Notes: generated from the sequence alone by a model not told the origin. Counted from the stretch's first letter, positions 1-9,344 are shown. The stretch is DNA of 64,000 bases from a bacterium (GCA_965199855.1 OZ241326.1:2272001-2336000); one strand, 5' to 3'. Program-made: numbers and translations.

Positions 1-162
1 GCCATCGAGGACGCGCAGCTCGAGGGCCGCGTCTCCACCGCCGCGCAGGCCAGGGATTTCACGAGGCGAAACTTCGCCCTTCCGGAGACTCGCCCCTCCG
101 GAAAGCCGCGCGCTCCCGCGCGGGCCGACCCGCCTCCCGGCGACCGCGGGGAGCGGCCATGA
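1..162 (+). CDS. 3' end of an upstream gene, probably CCA-adding enzyme / poly(A) polymerase family (partial)
   Basis: Frame 1 is open from the window edge (AIEDAQLEGRVSTAAQARDF...) and ends in a TGA overlapping the pyrR ATG (ATGA); 'DAQLEGxVxT' resembles tRNA nucleotidyltransferase C-termini. Confidence 0.5.
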   Translation, partial: AIEDAQLEGRVSTAAQARDFTRRNFALPETRPSGKPRAPARADPPPGDRGERP

Positions 163-692
163 CGCGAACCTCCATCATGACGGCGCGCGAGCTCGAAATC
201 TCCCTCGGAAGAATCGCTTCCGAGATGGCGGAGGCGCGCGCGGCGGACGCGGGTCTCGCCCTCGTCGGAATCCTCACGCGCGGCGAGCCGCTGGCGCGGA
301 GGCTCCGCAGGCGCATTCAGGAGCTCGAGAACGTCGCGCCCGCCCTCGGCGCCCTCGACATCGGAATTCACCGCGACGACGCGGGACACCCCGCGAAGGG
401 GCGCGGCTTCGAGCCGACGCTCATCGACTTCGACATCACCGACCGCCACGTCTTCCTGGTGGACGACGTGTTCTTCACGGGCCGAACCGCGCGCGCCGCC
501 CTGGACGCCCTGATGGAGCTGGGGCGGCCGAAGCGCATCTGGCTCGCCGTCCTGATAGATCGGGGACACCGGGAGCTGCCCTTCCGCCCCGACTTCATCG
601 GCAAGAGCGTGCCCACCTCGCTCGATGAGCGCGTCCAGGTGCGGATGCGGGAGGTGGACGGCGAGGACGGGGTATGGCTCGCGAAAGGATGA
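159..692 (+). CDS. pyrR: Bifunctional pyrimidine regulator / uracil phosphoribosyltransferase PyrR
   Basis: Motifs LVDDVFFTGRTARAALDAL and DRGHRELPFRPDFIGK; 177 aa. Confidence 0.95.
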   Translation: MTRTSIMTARELEISLGRIASEMAEARAADAGLALVGILTRGEPLARRLRRRIQELENVAPALGALDIGIHRDDAGHPAKGRGFEPTLIDFDITDRHVFLVDDVFFTGRTARAALDALMELGRPKRIWLAVLIDRGHRELPFRPDFIGKSVPTSLDERVQVRMREVDGEDGVWLAKG

Positions 693-855
693 GCCGCTGC
701 GGGGGAGAGGCGGCCGCGCTTCCCCAGGTTGCCTTTTTTATATTTTGAAGTCCAGGTCGATTTACGCACCCTCAATGCCCTGCAACCTGTCTCGCAGGGC
801 CGCTCGCTGTTCAGGGGACATAGCCGCCGCTAACTTCTTGAATTCATGTATTTCT

Positions 856-1329
856 TTATCCTTTTTCATCCGAATAGGGCATTCTATCGAATCTCTTCAG
901 TTCGACGTTGATCTTATCAATACGGAGGCAGTCTCCGCGCGATCTGACCATAAACTGATACTGATTTTCTCCTCCTAGTGGAGCTCGAGAAAATTCGTTT
1001 CTCGCATTTACGAATGGAGCCAAACGTCCGCAGAACGCCTCAAGACTCCGCGTTTTAAGCTGGGCGATGACGAGCCTTCCCTCAATACGCGCTTGTTCTT
1101 CATCTTTCATCATCTCTTCTGGTATGCCGTGCCAATCCTTCTTTCCACCCAGAACCCACCAGTTTCGGCCTGATTCATCTTGCAACCACTTTTGGCGTTT
1201 CCCTACTGGCGTCAGGGTGACGTCGAATTTTGCGTGAATAGCATCTATGACGGGCCGCCTATCAAAATTGTTGAATTTTTCCGATGACTTCTTCATGCTT
1301 TCCTCTCCCAAGCGGCTTGAAAGCTCCAT
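856..1329 (-). CDS. Hypothetical protein in AT-richer islet, possibly truncated by a frameshift at its 3' end
   Basis: 157-aa ORF with globular composition, 2 nt downstream of the 1332..1862 ORF; protein-like continuation in another frame to 762. Confidence 0.65.
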   Translation of the reverse strand: MELSSRLGEESMKKSSEKFNNFDRRPVIDAIHAKFDVTLTPVGKRQKWLQDESGRNWWVLGGKKDWHGIPEEMMKDEEQARIEGRLVIAQLKTRSLEAFCGRLAPFVNARNEFSRAPLGGENQYQFMVRSRGDCLRIDKINVELKRFDRMPYSDEKG

Positions 1330-1331
1330 CG

Positions 1332-1862
1332 CTAGTCCTCCTGTCTCTCTTCGTCCTCCTCTCCGGATTGATTGAGGGTCGCCGCGTCCAGCCCCGCTCC
1401 CAGGTTGTCGGCCAGCTCACCCCAGCCGTCCATAAAATCTCTTGCATCGTTGAACACGACGAAGGCAGCGCCGCCAGCCTCATAGAGCTGAGGAGCCGCC
1501 GCGAGTAGAGCGGCATCATCAAGGCTGGATATGTTGTCCGCCACAATCCGACCGACTGGCCCTTGAGTGTCGCAGACGGAATAGCTGGCCCCATTTTTGA
1601 CGGGGATCCAGCTCCGGGGCGGCCGTATGGATCGGCTCAACAGGACGCCGAACGCGAGCTTGGCCAGCACCGGAATCTTCTTGCCCGGCTTGAACCAACC
1701 GTTTATAGTGGTTTCGGGCACATCCAGAACCGCGCTGAGATTGCGTTGCCAGCCGCGTCGCCCGTATCTCCGCTCGAAAGCGGACCTGAGATCCATATCT
1801 TTCACATAGTTGGTCAGCCCTTCCCGGAAATCAGCGTCGGCGATCATTCTCAAGTTGCCCAT
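1332..1862 (-). CDS. Phage-like protein with N-terminal Cro/XRE-type HTH
   Basis: YGRRGWQRNLSAVLDVPETTINGW fits an HTH pattern; C-terminal DAALLAAAPQLYEA; GGGAGA RBS upstream. Confidence 0.65.
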   Translation of the reverse strand: MGNLRMIADADFREGLTNYVKDMDLRSAFERRYGRRGWQRNLSAVLDVPETTINGWFKPGKKIPVLAKLAFGVLLSRSIRPPRSWIPVKNGASYSVCDTQGPVGRIVADNISSLDDAALLAAAPQLYEAGGAAFVVFNDARDFMDGWGELADNLGAGLDAATLNQSGEEDEERQED

Positions 1863-1907
1863 TCCATCAATCTCCCGCGTAAAATTACGAATCTCATTCT
1901 AAAAACT

Positions 1908-1936
1908 CTTGTAATACACGAAATTAAGTTTGTCAA
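1908..1936 (-). promoter_or_regulatory. Putative sigma70 promoter for the islet operon
   Basis: Minus strand TTGACA-N17-TACAAG within an AT-rich tract upstream of 1862. Confidence 0.5.
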
Positions 1937-2008
1937 GAATTAAAATAACATTTATTTAAGGAATTTCGGGTTTCAAGGGATTCCCCGGAATGAAATCAAA
2001 GATTTCCC

Positions 2009-2884
2009 CTACGCGCTCGCCCAGGCGATCATGATCGTGGCGAAGAACAGCAGGGCCGCCCCCGCCCACTTCTGCCAGGTCAGCCGCTCCTCCTCCCCCA
2101 GCCAGACGCGCGCCAACGCGAGCGAGAACAGCGGCGCCGTATAGCTCAGGGGCATGACGACGAACACCTCCCCATACTGAAACGCCGAGAAGAACGCCAG
2201 ATAGGCCGCGGCGTTGACGGCGCCCGCGACGAGGAGCCACCTCAGCCCGGCCGCGTCCATCCGGAAGCGCTCGGCGGCGGGCAGGGCGGGAGCGAGCAGC
2301 AGGAGCGTGGGCAACGAGACGGCGTTGGCGATGGTCGCGCCGATGAGGGGGTCGCCGTAGAGGAGCAGCCCGTAGCGCCGCAGGGTGGAGGCGAGCGCCA
2401 TGACGAGGGCGTGAAGCAGGGGGAAGATCATGTGCGCGCGCCGCCAGTCGGCGTCTCCTTCCGGCTTCATGGTCAGGAACGCGCAGCCCGCCATCACGAA
2501 AAAAATGGCGATCCACGCCGCCGCGCCCGGCTCCTCTCCGAGCCACGCGATGGCCGCCAGGGTCGAGAGAAACGGGGTAATCGTCACCAGGGGCATGGTG
2601 CGGCCGACGCCTATCGTCCTGAAGCCCAGAAAGAGGAGGAAGCGGCTGAACCCGGGCGCCAGGACGCCGCCGACGACGAACCAGAGCGCCGCCCGGGGCG
2701 AGAGCGCCCCCCAGTCCGAGAAGGCGAGAGAGAGGCCCCCCAGAAGCGGAATCCCCAGCCCCAGGCCGATGAGGGCGCCCACGTAGGGCGAGGTTCCCCC
2801 CAGCCCCTTGCGCGCGACGACGCTGAAGACGGCGAACAGAACCGAGGACGCCAGGCTCAGGCCCACGGCGAGATAATGCTCCAA
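2009..2884 (-). CDS. DMT/EamA family transporter
   Basis: About 10 hydrophobic segments in two repeats; start moved to TTG 2884 (GGGGGA RBS) because the longer start overlaps a terminator. Confidence 0.88.
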   Translation of the reverse strand: MEHYLAVGLSLASSVLFAVFSVVARKGLGGTSPYVGALIGLGLGIPLLGGLSLAFSDWGALSPRAALWFVVGGVLAPGFSRFLLFLGFRTIGVGRTMPLVTITPFLSTLAAIAWLGEEPGAAAWIAIFFVMAGCAFLTMKPEGDADWRRAHMIFPLLHALVMALASTLRRYGLLLYGDPLIGATIANAVSLPTLLLLAPALPAAERFRMDAAGLRWLLVAGAVNAAAYLAFFSAFQYGEVFVVMPLSYTAPLFSLALARVWLGEEERLTWQKWAGAALLFFATIMIAWASA

Positions 2885-2912
2885 GGCGTCCCCCTGCGGC
2901 GCGCGGGCGTCC

Positions 2913-2951
2913 AAAAAAGCCGGGGCGGAAGGCTCGCCCCTCCGCCCCGGC
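2913..2951 (-). terminator. Intrinsic terminator downstream of the alpha/beta hydrolase
   Basis: 11-bp stem GCCGGGGCGGA/TCCGCCCCGGC followed by T6 on the minus strand. Confidence 0.8.
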
Positions 2952-2997
2952 GCGTCAAACGCTCAGGCTTCCGCCCGATTCGGCGATTCCCGCTCCC

Positions 2998-4230
2998 CTA
3001 GTAATACGCCTGCCCGGGCGCCACCGGCGGCGTCCACTCGCAATCGCCGAAGGGCCCGTCCCCGTTCTCCTTCACGTAGGCGACGCGCGCGTCGCTCACG
3101 CTCTCATCCATCAGGGCGCGGCGGAGCCAGTCCAGGATGTACTGGTGATTGTCCATGCCGCCCAGGTTCGTGAGGCTCACCAGGGGATGAAACTGGTTCT
3201 CGAACACCCACAGCTCTTTCCTGCAGGTGAGGTCCTCATACACCTCGATGGCGTCCTCGAGCGGGCAAAGCGGGTCGAACTCGCCCGTCACCAGCAGGGT
3301 GGGGCACTGTATCTTGTCCATGTAGCCCTTGACGGTCATCGCGCGCGCCATCTCGTCGAACTCGTCCTCATCCTTCATGCCCGCCATGTACATGAAAATC
3401 TGCTTGAAGCGCGGCGAGGACTGCGTGAAGATGGTGTTGTTGGGGTTGAAGCAGGCCACCGCGCTCGCCACCGCCGCCGCCCGGTGGTCGTAGCTCGCCA
3501 GACGAAGCGACCAGAAGCTGCCCATGCTGATGCCGTAGATGCCGATTTTCGTCGGCTCGACTTCCTCGCGGCCCAGCAGGTGGTCGATCACCGCGGCGCC
3601 GGCGCGCTCGTAGTTGTCCCCGACGGCGCGTATCTTCTGCATGTTGGAGTTGCCCTGCCCCGGGCCGTCCATCGCCAGCACGTGAAAGCCCCGCTCGGCG
3701 GCGACGTTGCGCCTCGCGTGGGGAAACACCTCTTTCGTCTGGTCCATGCCCGGCACGTAGATCACGCAGGGCGCCTTTCGGCGATCCGGCAGAAGGTGCA
3801 GGAGGCACGAGATGGTCTTGCCGTCGTCGAAGGGAACCTCGACGCGCTCGATGGGGTAGGCGGCCGTCTCGGATCGCCTGTCCACCATCTCCCCGAGCTT
3901 GTTGTTGAGGTAGATTTTCACCGGGTTGTCGTCGTAGAAAATCGGGTGCTGCGCCATGCGATACGCCTCGACGGCGTGGTCGTAGTGCTCCGTGGCCGTG
4001 GCGCGGAAGCCCTCCTTCTGCGCCTTCTTCGCGAGCTTCTCGTGCTCCTCGGCGGACTCGCGCCAGACCTTGGGCAGCATCTGGTAGTTGTGGGCGCGCC
4101 TGCCCTGGGGGACTTCCAGGAAGTCGCGCTCGAAGTTCTGGACGCGCCCCCGCATGTTGAGCGCCAGGTCGAGCATCCACTGCTGGTTGTCTCTTTCGGT
4201 GCGCAGTTTCCGTATCATTTTTCTCTCCAC
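2998..4230 (-). CDS. Alpha/beta hydrolase (2,6-dihydroxypseudooxynicotine hydrolase / FrsA-like)
   Basis: GISMG nucleophile elbow, DGPGQG, GEFDPL, late His; 410 aa. Confidence 0.85.
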   Translation of the reverse strand: MERKMIRKLRTERDNQQWMLDLALNMRGRVQNFERDFLEVPQGRRAHNYQMLPKVWRESAEEHEKLAKKAQKEGFRATATEHYDHAVEAYRMAQHPIFYDDNPVKIYLNNKLGEMVDRRSETAAYPIERVEVPFDDGKTISCLLHLLPDRRKAPCVIYVPGMDQTKEVFPHARRNVAAERGFHVLAMDGPGQGNSNMQKIRAVGDNYERAGAAVIDHLLGREEVEPTKIGIYGISMGSFWSLRLASYDHRAAAVASAVACFNPNNTIFTQSSPRFKQIFMYMAGMKDEDEFDEMARAMTVKGYMDKIQCPTLLVTGEFDPLCPLEDAIEVYEDLTCRKELWVFENQFHPLVSLTNLGGMDNHQYILDWLRRALMDESVSDARVAYVKENGDGPFGDCEWTPPVAPGQAYY

Positions 4231-4356
4231 GATTTTGACGGCGAAAATCGCCTTCAGCCGAAAAGGGCCGCTTCTCCGCGCCGGATCGCGCCGAATGCTA
4301 AGCGGAGCGCGCGGCGGCGGTCAATCGCGCGGGGGCGCGCGGGAGGGCGGCGTCCC

Positions 4357-5529
4357 TCAGCGGACGATTCCCCCCGCCCTCAGCTCGGCTATCTCCTCCC
4401 CGGAGAAGCCGAGCTCGCCCAGCGCCTCGTTCGTGTGCTGCCCGAGCGTGGGCGGCGGCCTTCGCGCGGCGGAGGGGGTCTTGTCCAGCCTCACGGGAAC
4501 CCCCGCCATGCGCAGGACCCCGTATTCGGGATGCTCCGCCCGCGCCAGATAGCCCATCGCCCGCATCTGCTCGTCCTCGAACAGATCCGCCGGCCTTCGC
4601 GCGCGCGCGCAGGGCACGCCCACGCTCTCGAACCTTCGCACCCACTCCTCCGCCGTCGCGCCGCGCAGAGCCTCCTGCACGCGGGGGATGATGACGCCGC
4701 GCGCCGCGTGCCTGCCCCGGAAGACCCGCCAGGCCTCCTCTTCGAGCAGTTCGGGGAGCCCCAGCGCCTCGCAGGCGCGCTCCCAGAAGCCGTCCACGTC
4801 CATGTAGAGGTAGATGTGCCCGTCGGCGACCTCATAGACCCGGGCGATCCTGTCGCTCAGGGCGTCCTCCACCCTCGAGAGAGGCTCGCTCTCCGACGCC
4901 CAGACGAGGCGCCCGAACTGCATGGCCGCGGCGCCTCCCAGAAGCGAGGCGTCGATGCGCTGGCCCCCGCCTCCGCGCTCGCGCGCGTAAAGCGCCGTCA
5001 TCACGGCGCCGAACGCCAGCGCCCCCGTCATGTAGTCCACGAAAGAGCCCTGCACGAGCCGGGGCGCGCCGCCCGCCCCCTGCTCGGCGGGAATGCCCGC
5101 CGTCGTCTGGATGATGGGGTCGATGCCCCGGCGTTCGCGCAGGGGGCCTTCCCGCCCGTAGGCGGAGATCGAGAGATAGACGAGCCGGGGGTTTTCGCGC
5201 GTCAGGGCGTCCGCGCCCAGCCCGAGCTTCTCGACGACGCCCGGACGATAGCCCTCCACGAAGACGTCCGCGCGCGCGGCCAGCCTCCGGGCGATCTCCC
5301 GCCCCCTCTCCTCCCGCAGGTTGACGGCGAGGCTGCGCTTGCTGCGGTTCAGGCCCAGGAACAGGCGGCTCTCCCCCTCGAACGAGGAGGGAAACCTCCG
5401 GACGCGATCCCCCTCCGGCGGCTCCAGCTTGACGACGTCCGCGCCCGCGTCGCCCATCATCAGCGTGCAGAAGGGCCCCGCCACGTAATGCGTCAAATCC
5501 AGAACCCGAATCCCGTCCAGCGCGCCCAT
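4357..5529 (-). CDS. CoA-transferase family III (CaiB/BaiF)
   Basis: LDGIRVLDLT..AGP, GADVVKLE, NRSKRSL, PPTLGQHT. Confidence 0.93.
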   Translation of the reverse strand: MGALDGIRVLDLTHYVAGPFCTLMMGDAGADVVKLEPPEGDRVRRFPSSFEGESRLFLGLNRSKRSLAVNLREERGREIARRLAARADVFVEGYRPGVVEKLGLGADALTRENPRLVYLSISAYGREGPLRERRGIDPIIQTTAGIPAEQGAGGAPRLVQGSFVDYMTGALAFGAVMTALYARERGGGGQRIDASLLGGAAAMQFGRLVWASESEPLSRVEDALSDRIARVYEVADGHIYLYMDVDGFWERACEALGLPELLEEEAWRVFRGRHAARGVIIPRVQEALRGATAEEWVRRFESVGVPCARARRPADLFEDEQMRAMGYLARAEHPEYGVLRMAGVPVRLDKTPSAARRPPPTLGQHTNEALGELGFSGEEIAELRAGGIVR

Positions 5530-5584
5530 GTCTTTCCTTGAAATTTCATCTGCCCAACATCAGGACTGATTGTCTGATCGTTTG

Positions 5585-6346
5585 TTAATGGAGCATGTTA
5601 TGGACGGCTCCCTTGATCGCGCCGATAATGCTCATCGTGGTTTTTTCTCCCGAATAGACGAGAAGGCAACCGGTCGCGAGAACGCACGCGCTGATTATCG
5701 CCCACCGCCGCCGCGCCCGAGGAGGCGAGACGCTCCGACCTGGAGGAGCCTGGCCCGAGCCTGCTTTCAGTGGGACAGCCGCTTTCTCAACAGGAGACAC
5801 TTCGCGGGCGGGGCGCGCCCAATCCCCGCTTCTGAGCGTTCTGATGAGCATGTCGGCTTCGTGCCTGGTGAGTTCGGAAACGCGGCGCTTGCCCTCCGCC
5901 CTCCACGCGCCCAACAGTATCGAGTGATGCTACTCCAGCCGCTCGCCCTCACCGGAGACGTAGCGCGTGAAAAGGGTCTCGGCAATCCTCACGAACCCCT
6001 CGTCGGGGAAGTGGTGACCTCCCTGCCGCAATAAATCCACGATGTAGGATTTCTGTCTTTCGGTGAGCCTGTCGGCGTCCGCTCCCGCTTCTGAGCGTTT
6101 CTCCGACTCGGCCGCGGCGAGCGTCTTGCGGAGCGCGGTAATTATTCCGTGGCAGAGGTCGCAAAGTCCCGTAAGGTGGTCGGGCGTGATTTCCGCGTCG
6201 GGGCTATAGCGCTTTTGCCAGTGGTGCGCGGCCGTCGCCCGGAAGTGTCCGCAAGCCTGACACACCCCGCTTGAGCGCGCCAGCGCCGCCTCTCGCGCCT
6301 TTTGAAATCCGGGACCGTAGTCGTCCGCCATTTTCTCACTCATCAA
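5585..6346 (-). pseudogene. HNH endonuclease + helical motif + C-terminal TM helix, split by one in-frame TAG at 5932-5930
   Basis: ORFs 5930..6346 and 5585..5914 are in the same frame with only TAG plus 5 sense codons between them; CQAC..HH..LCDLCH motif. Confidence 0.65.
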
Positions 6347-6391
6347 AAATCCCCTATCCCTGCTTTTGGGCGAAGCGTTTCTCGCAAGCCT

Positions 6392-6724
6392 TCAATTACA
6401 AGTGAAAAGATGCTCCATGGCCTCGCATTCACCATCATAGCAAGATACGAAACCATTGTAGGCCGAACAAAACCTCTTGCTACTTACGCACAACGAGCTC
6501 ACAAATTGCGCACTCTTGCCGTAGCGAACACAGCCTCTCTGGGCCTCGTTCCATATCTGATTCGGCGACGCCCACTGCCGGAACATGTTTTCTTTCGTGT
6601 TTCGCACCCTCACCATCGAATCGCTGATATCGGATATGACCGGAGGATTCGGAATGGTCATTTCAGCGCATCCTGCCGCTGTGAGCACCACCATTAGCAT
6701 CAGTGCCAAAATAATTTTCCGCAT
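6392..6724 (-). CDS. Small Cys-rich putative lipoprotein
   Basis: MRKIILALMLMVVLTAAGC signal peptide/lipobox; six further Cys; GGGGA RBS before ATG 6724. Confidence 0.7.
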   Translation of the reverse strand: MRKIILALMLMVVLTAAGCAEMTIPNPPVISDISDSMVRVRNTKENMFRQWASPNQIWNEAQRGCVRYGKSAQFVSSLCVSSKRFCSAYNGFVSCYDGECEAMEHLFTCN

Positions 6725-7019
6725 GATTTCCCCAAAAACCGCCGCGATCCGGATCGGCGCTTCGTGAGCTGCGACCCAAATTTGTTGCGCTTTAGGTTTT
6801 TTAGCAACCACGAGGAAGGTCTTGCACTCGTGCTTCTAGGACAATTCGCCCGCTGACACTCAACAGCTTCTGTCTTCCGCATCAGCTTTTCAATCGCCCC
6901 CCAAAATGCGAGGGACGATGAAGCGCTCCTACACCGCGGCGGCGGAACGCGCCCCTCGCGCCCAGGCCGAAGCGGGTCGCCAAGCATGGTCGGCACGCCT
7001 GGGCGGACGAAGGAGCCGG

Positions 7020-8000
7020 CTAGCCGTCCATCGTCAGGACGATTTTTCCGAAAACCCCGCCCGTCATCAGCGTCTCGTGGGCGCGGGCGGCCTCGGCGAG
7101 CGGCATCGTCTCCCCCACGGCGGCGCGCACCTGGCCCTCGGCGAGCAGCAGATCGAGCTGGCGAATCATTTCGGGGAAAACGGGATCGGAGTTGAAGAGG
7201 CTCAGACCCCGGACGTCGATGTCCTTCGAGTAGAAGGGAGGATAGTTCACCGCGCCCACGGGGTTCTTGCCCGTTCCCGCGCCCAGGACGACGACGCAGC
7301 CGTATTTCTTCACCGCGCGGCAGTCGGCGTCGAAATTCTCCGTCGCCACCATTTCGATCACGGCGTCCACCCCGCGCCCGCCGGTCTCCGCCAGGCAGCG
7401 CTCGGCGAAATCCTCGTCGCGGTAGTTGACGATCACGTCCGCGCCGAAGCCGCGGCAGAACTCCGCCTTCCCGGCCGAGCTCACCGTGGTGATGACGCGC
7501 GCCCCCGCCGCCTTGGCGATTTGAATCGCCATGCAGCCCACGCCGCCCGCGCCCGCGTGGATGAGGACGGTCTCGCCCGCCTTGACGCGCGCCTTGTATA
7601 TCAGCGCGTAGTAGGCCGTATACAAAACCACCGGAAAGGAGGCGCCCTCCTCGAAGGAGAGACTCTCGGGAAGCCTCGCCGTCCGGGAGGGATTCAGAAT
7701 CGCCTTCTCCGCGTAGCTACCGCTCGACGCGGCGCCGAATACCCTGTCCCCCGGGGAGAACCCCTCCACGCCCTCGCCCACGGCGAGCACCTCGCCCGCC
7801 GCGTCGATGCCGGGCGTCCAGGGCAGGGACAGGCTCTTCGAGAGCGGATGGGCACCCGAGCGAAAGGTCGTGTCCACGGGGTTCACCCCCGCCGCGCGCA
7901 CCCGCGCGAGAATTTCTCCCGCCGAGGGGGTCGGCTCCTCCGCCTCCTCGAGAACCATCACCTCGGGGCCTCCGAACTCGCGCACATGTATGGCTTTCAT
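7020..8000 (-). CDS. qor: NADPH:quinone oxidoreductase (zeta-crystallin, MDR family)
   Basis: FGGPEV, AAGVNPVD, HAGAGGVG, GKIVL. Confidence 0.9.
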   Translation of the reverse strand: MKAIHVREFGGPEVMVLEEAEEPTPSAGEILARVRAAGVNPVDTTFRSGAHPLSKSLSLPWTPGIDAAGEVLAVGEGVEGFSPGDRVFGAASSGSYAEKAILNPSRTARLPESLSFEEGASFPVVLYTAYYALIYKARVKAGETVLIHAGAGGVGCMAIQIAKAAGARVITTVSSAGKAEFCRGFGADVIVNYRDEDFAERCLAETGGRGVDAVIEMVATENFDADCRAVKKYGCVVVLGAGTGKNPVGAVNYPPFYSKDIDVRGLSLFNSDPVFPEMIRQLDLLLAEGQVRAAVGETMPLAEAARAHETLMTGGVFGKIVLTMDG

Positions 8001-8147
8001 CGTCGTCTCCCGTTGGAAAAAGCAGGACGCCGCGGCGCGCGGCTCTTTCTCGCCGCCGCCCGAAGCGCCGCTCTCGATAAAGCTGTTCCATATTCTCTAT
8101 CACACCCGCGCAGAAAACGCTCCCGCGCCGGCCGATCGCCGAAGGTC

Positions 8148-8175
8148 TTGACACGGCCGGCGGAGCGTAGATAAT
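8148..8175 (+). promoter_or_regulatory. Putative sigma70 promoter of the TRAP operon
   Basis: TTGACA-N16-GATAAT. Confidence 0.55.
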
Positions 8176-8354
8176 GAGGCATTCTTCCAGACGGAATCGA
8201 CGCGCTCCCCGCCGGCGCGAGCCATGGAGGCGGGAAGCCCGAAGAACGCGCGCGGCTTCGGGGAGATTTCCGCAGGGGCAGGGCCTTCATCGGGTGATGC
8301 GGCGTCATCACCATTGCAATCGCGCATGACCTCACCACCGAAAAGGAGTCGGCA

Positions 8355-9344
8355 ATGAAGAAATTCTCGTTCTTCCTGGCAGCGGCGGCCACGGCGCTCA
8401 TGATGGGCGCGGCGGACGCGGCGGAGCGCTACCGCTTCGGGGGCGGCCCCTCCGGCGGGGGCTGGCATCCGGCCATCAGCGCGGGAACCCAGCTGCTCAA
8501 CAGAAAGCTGGGCGGCAAGTTCTACTTCCAGTATTCCCCCTCGGCCGGCTCGGTGGCCAACGTGCGCCGCGTGGGCCTCGGCGAGTTCGGCACCTCGTGG
8601 GGGCACGTGGGCCAAGTCTATCAATCCTGGACGGGCACGGGCCTTTTCAAGAAGGACGGAGCGAACAAGAACTTCCGCATCGTGGCCAACGTCCGCGCCC
8701 AGGGGCAGATCATCGCCGTGCTGGCGGACAGCCCCATCAAGTCCTACAAGGACATGGCGGGCAAGCGGGTGAACCTGCTCAAGCAGGGCACCGGCAGCCA
8801 CGTGAACTGCAAGAACATCTTCGCGGCCATCGGGCTTCTCGACAAGGTTCAGCCGCGGTATCTCGGCTTCTCCGCCTCGGGCCGCGCCCTGGGGGATCGC
8901 CAGATCGACGTCTACTGCTCGGCCGGCGCCCCCTTCACCATCCCCGCGCTCACCCGGCTCTCCATCCAGAAGCCGGTGCGCTACGTAAGCCTCACCGAGG
9001 CCGAGCAGAAGGCCGTGACCTCCCGGCACAAGTTCTACGTGCCGGTCACCATCCCGCCCCAGAAGGAAGTCCGCGGGATGACGCAGTCCGCCCGCTCCAT
9101 CGCCTACGACGTGTGGTGGATCGCGCACAAGCAGATGTCCGACGCCGCCATCTACAACATGCTGAAGGTCATCGCCGATCCGAACAACCTCAAGCAGCTC
9201 ACCAAGACGGCGCGGTATTGGCGCGACCTGAGCGGCAACTTCAACGCCCTGAAGGTGCACAAGATCTGGGTGCACCCCGCCGCCGCGCGCTACTGGAAGG
9301 AGCGCGGCGTGAGCGTGCCCGCCGAAGTCGTGAAGGGCTACTAG
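8355..9344 (+). CDS. TAXI family TRAP transporter solute-binding protein
   Basis: Signal peptide, GGPSGGGWH, SAGSVANV, C-terminal HPAAARYW; AAGGAG RBS. Confidence 0.92.
   Translation: MKKFSFFLAAAATALMMGAADAAERYRFGGGPSGGGWHPAISAGTQLLNRKLGGKFYFQYSPSAGSVANVRRVGLGEFGTSWGHVGQVYQSWTGTGLFKKDGANKNFRIVANVRAQGQIIAVLADSPIKSYKDMAGKRVNLLKQGTGSHVNCKNIFAAIGLLDKVQPRYLGFSASGRALGDRQIDVYCSAGAPFTIPALTRLSIQKPVRYVSLTEAEQKAVTSRHKFYVPVTIPPQKEVRGMTQSARSIAYDVWWIAHKQMSDAAIYNMLKVIADPNNLKQLTKTARYWRDLSGNFNALKVHKIWVHPAAARYWKERGVSVPAEVVKGY

Noticed and set aside
1994-2006. Near-consensus IHF site AATCAAAGATTTC at the edge of the first islet
   Set aside because: One mismatch, opposite orientation relative to the flanking gene, and no arm repeats or core nearby; may be chance in AT-rich DNA
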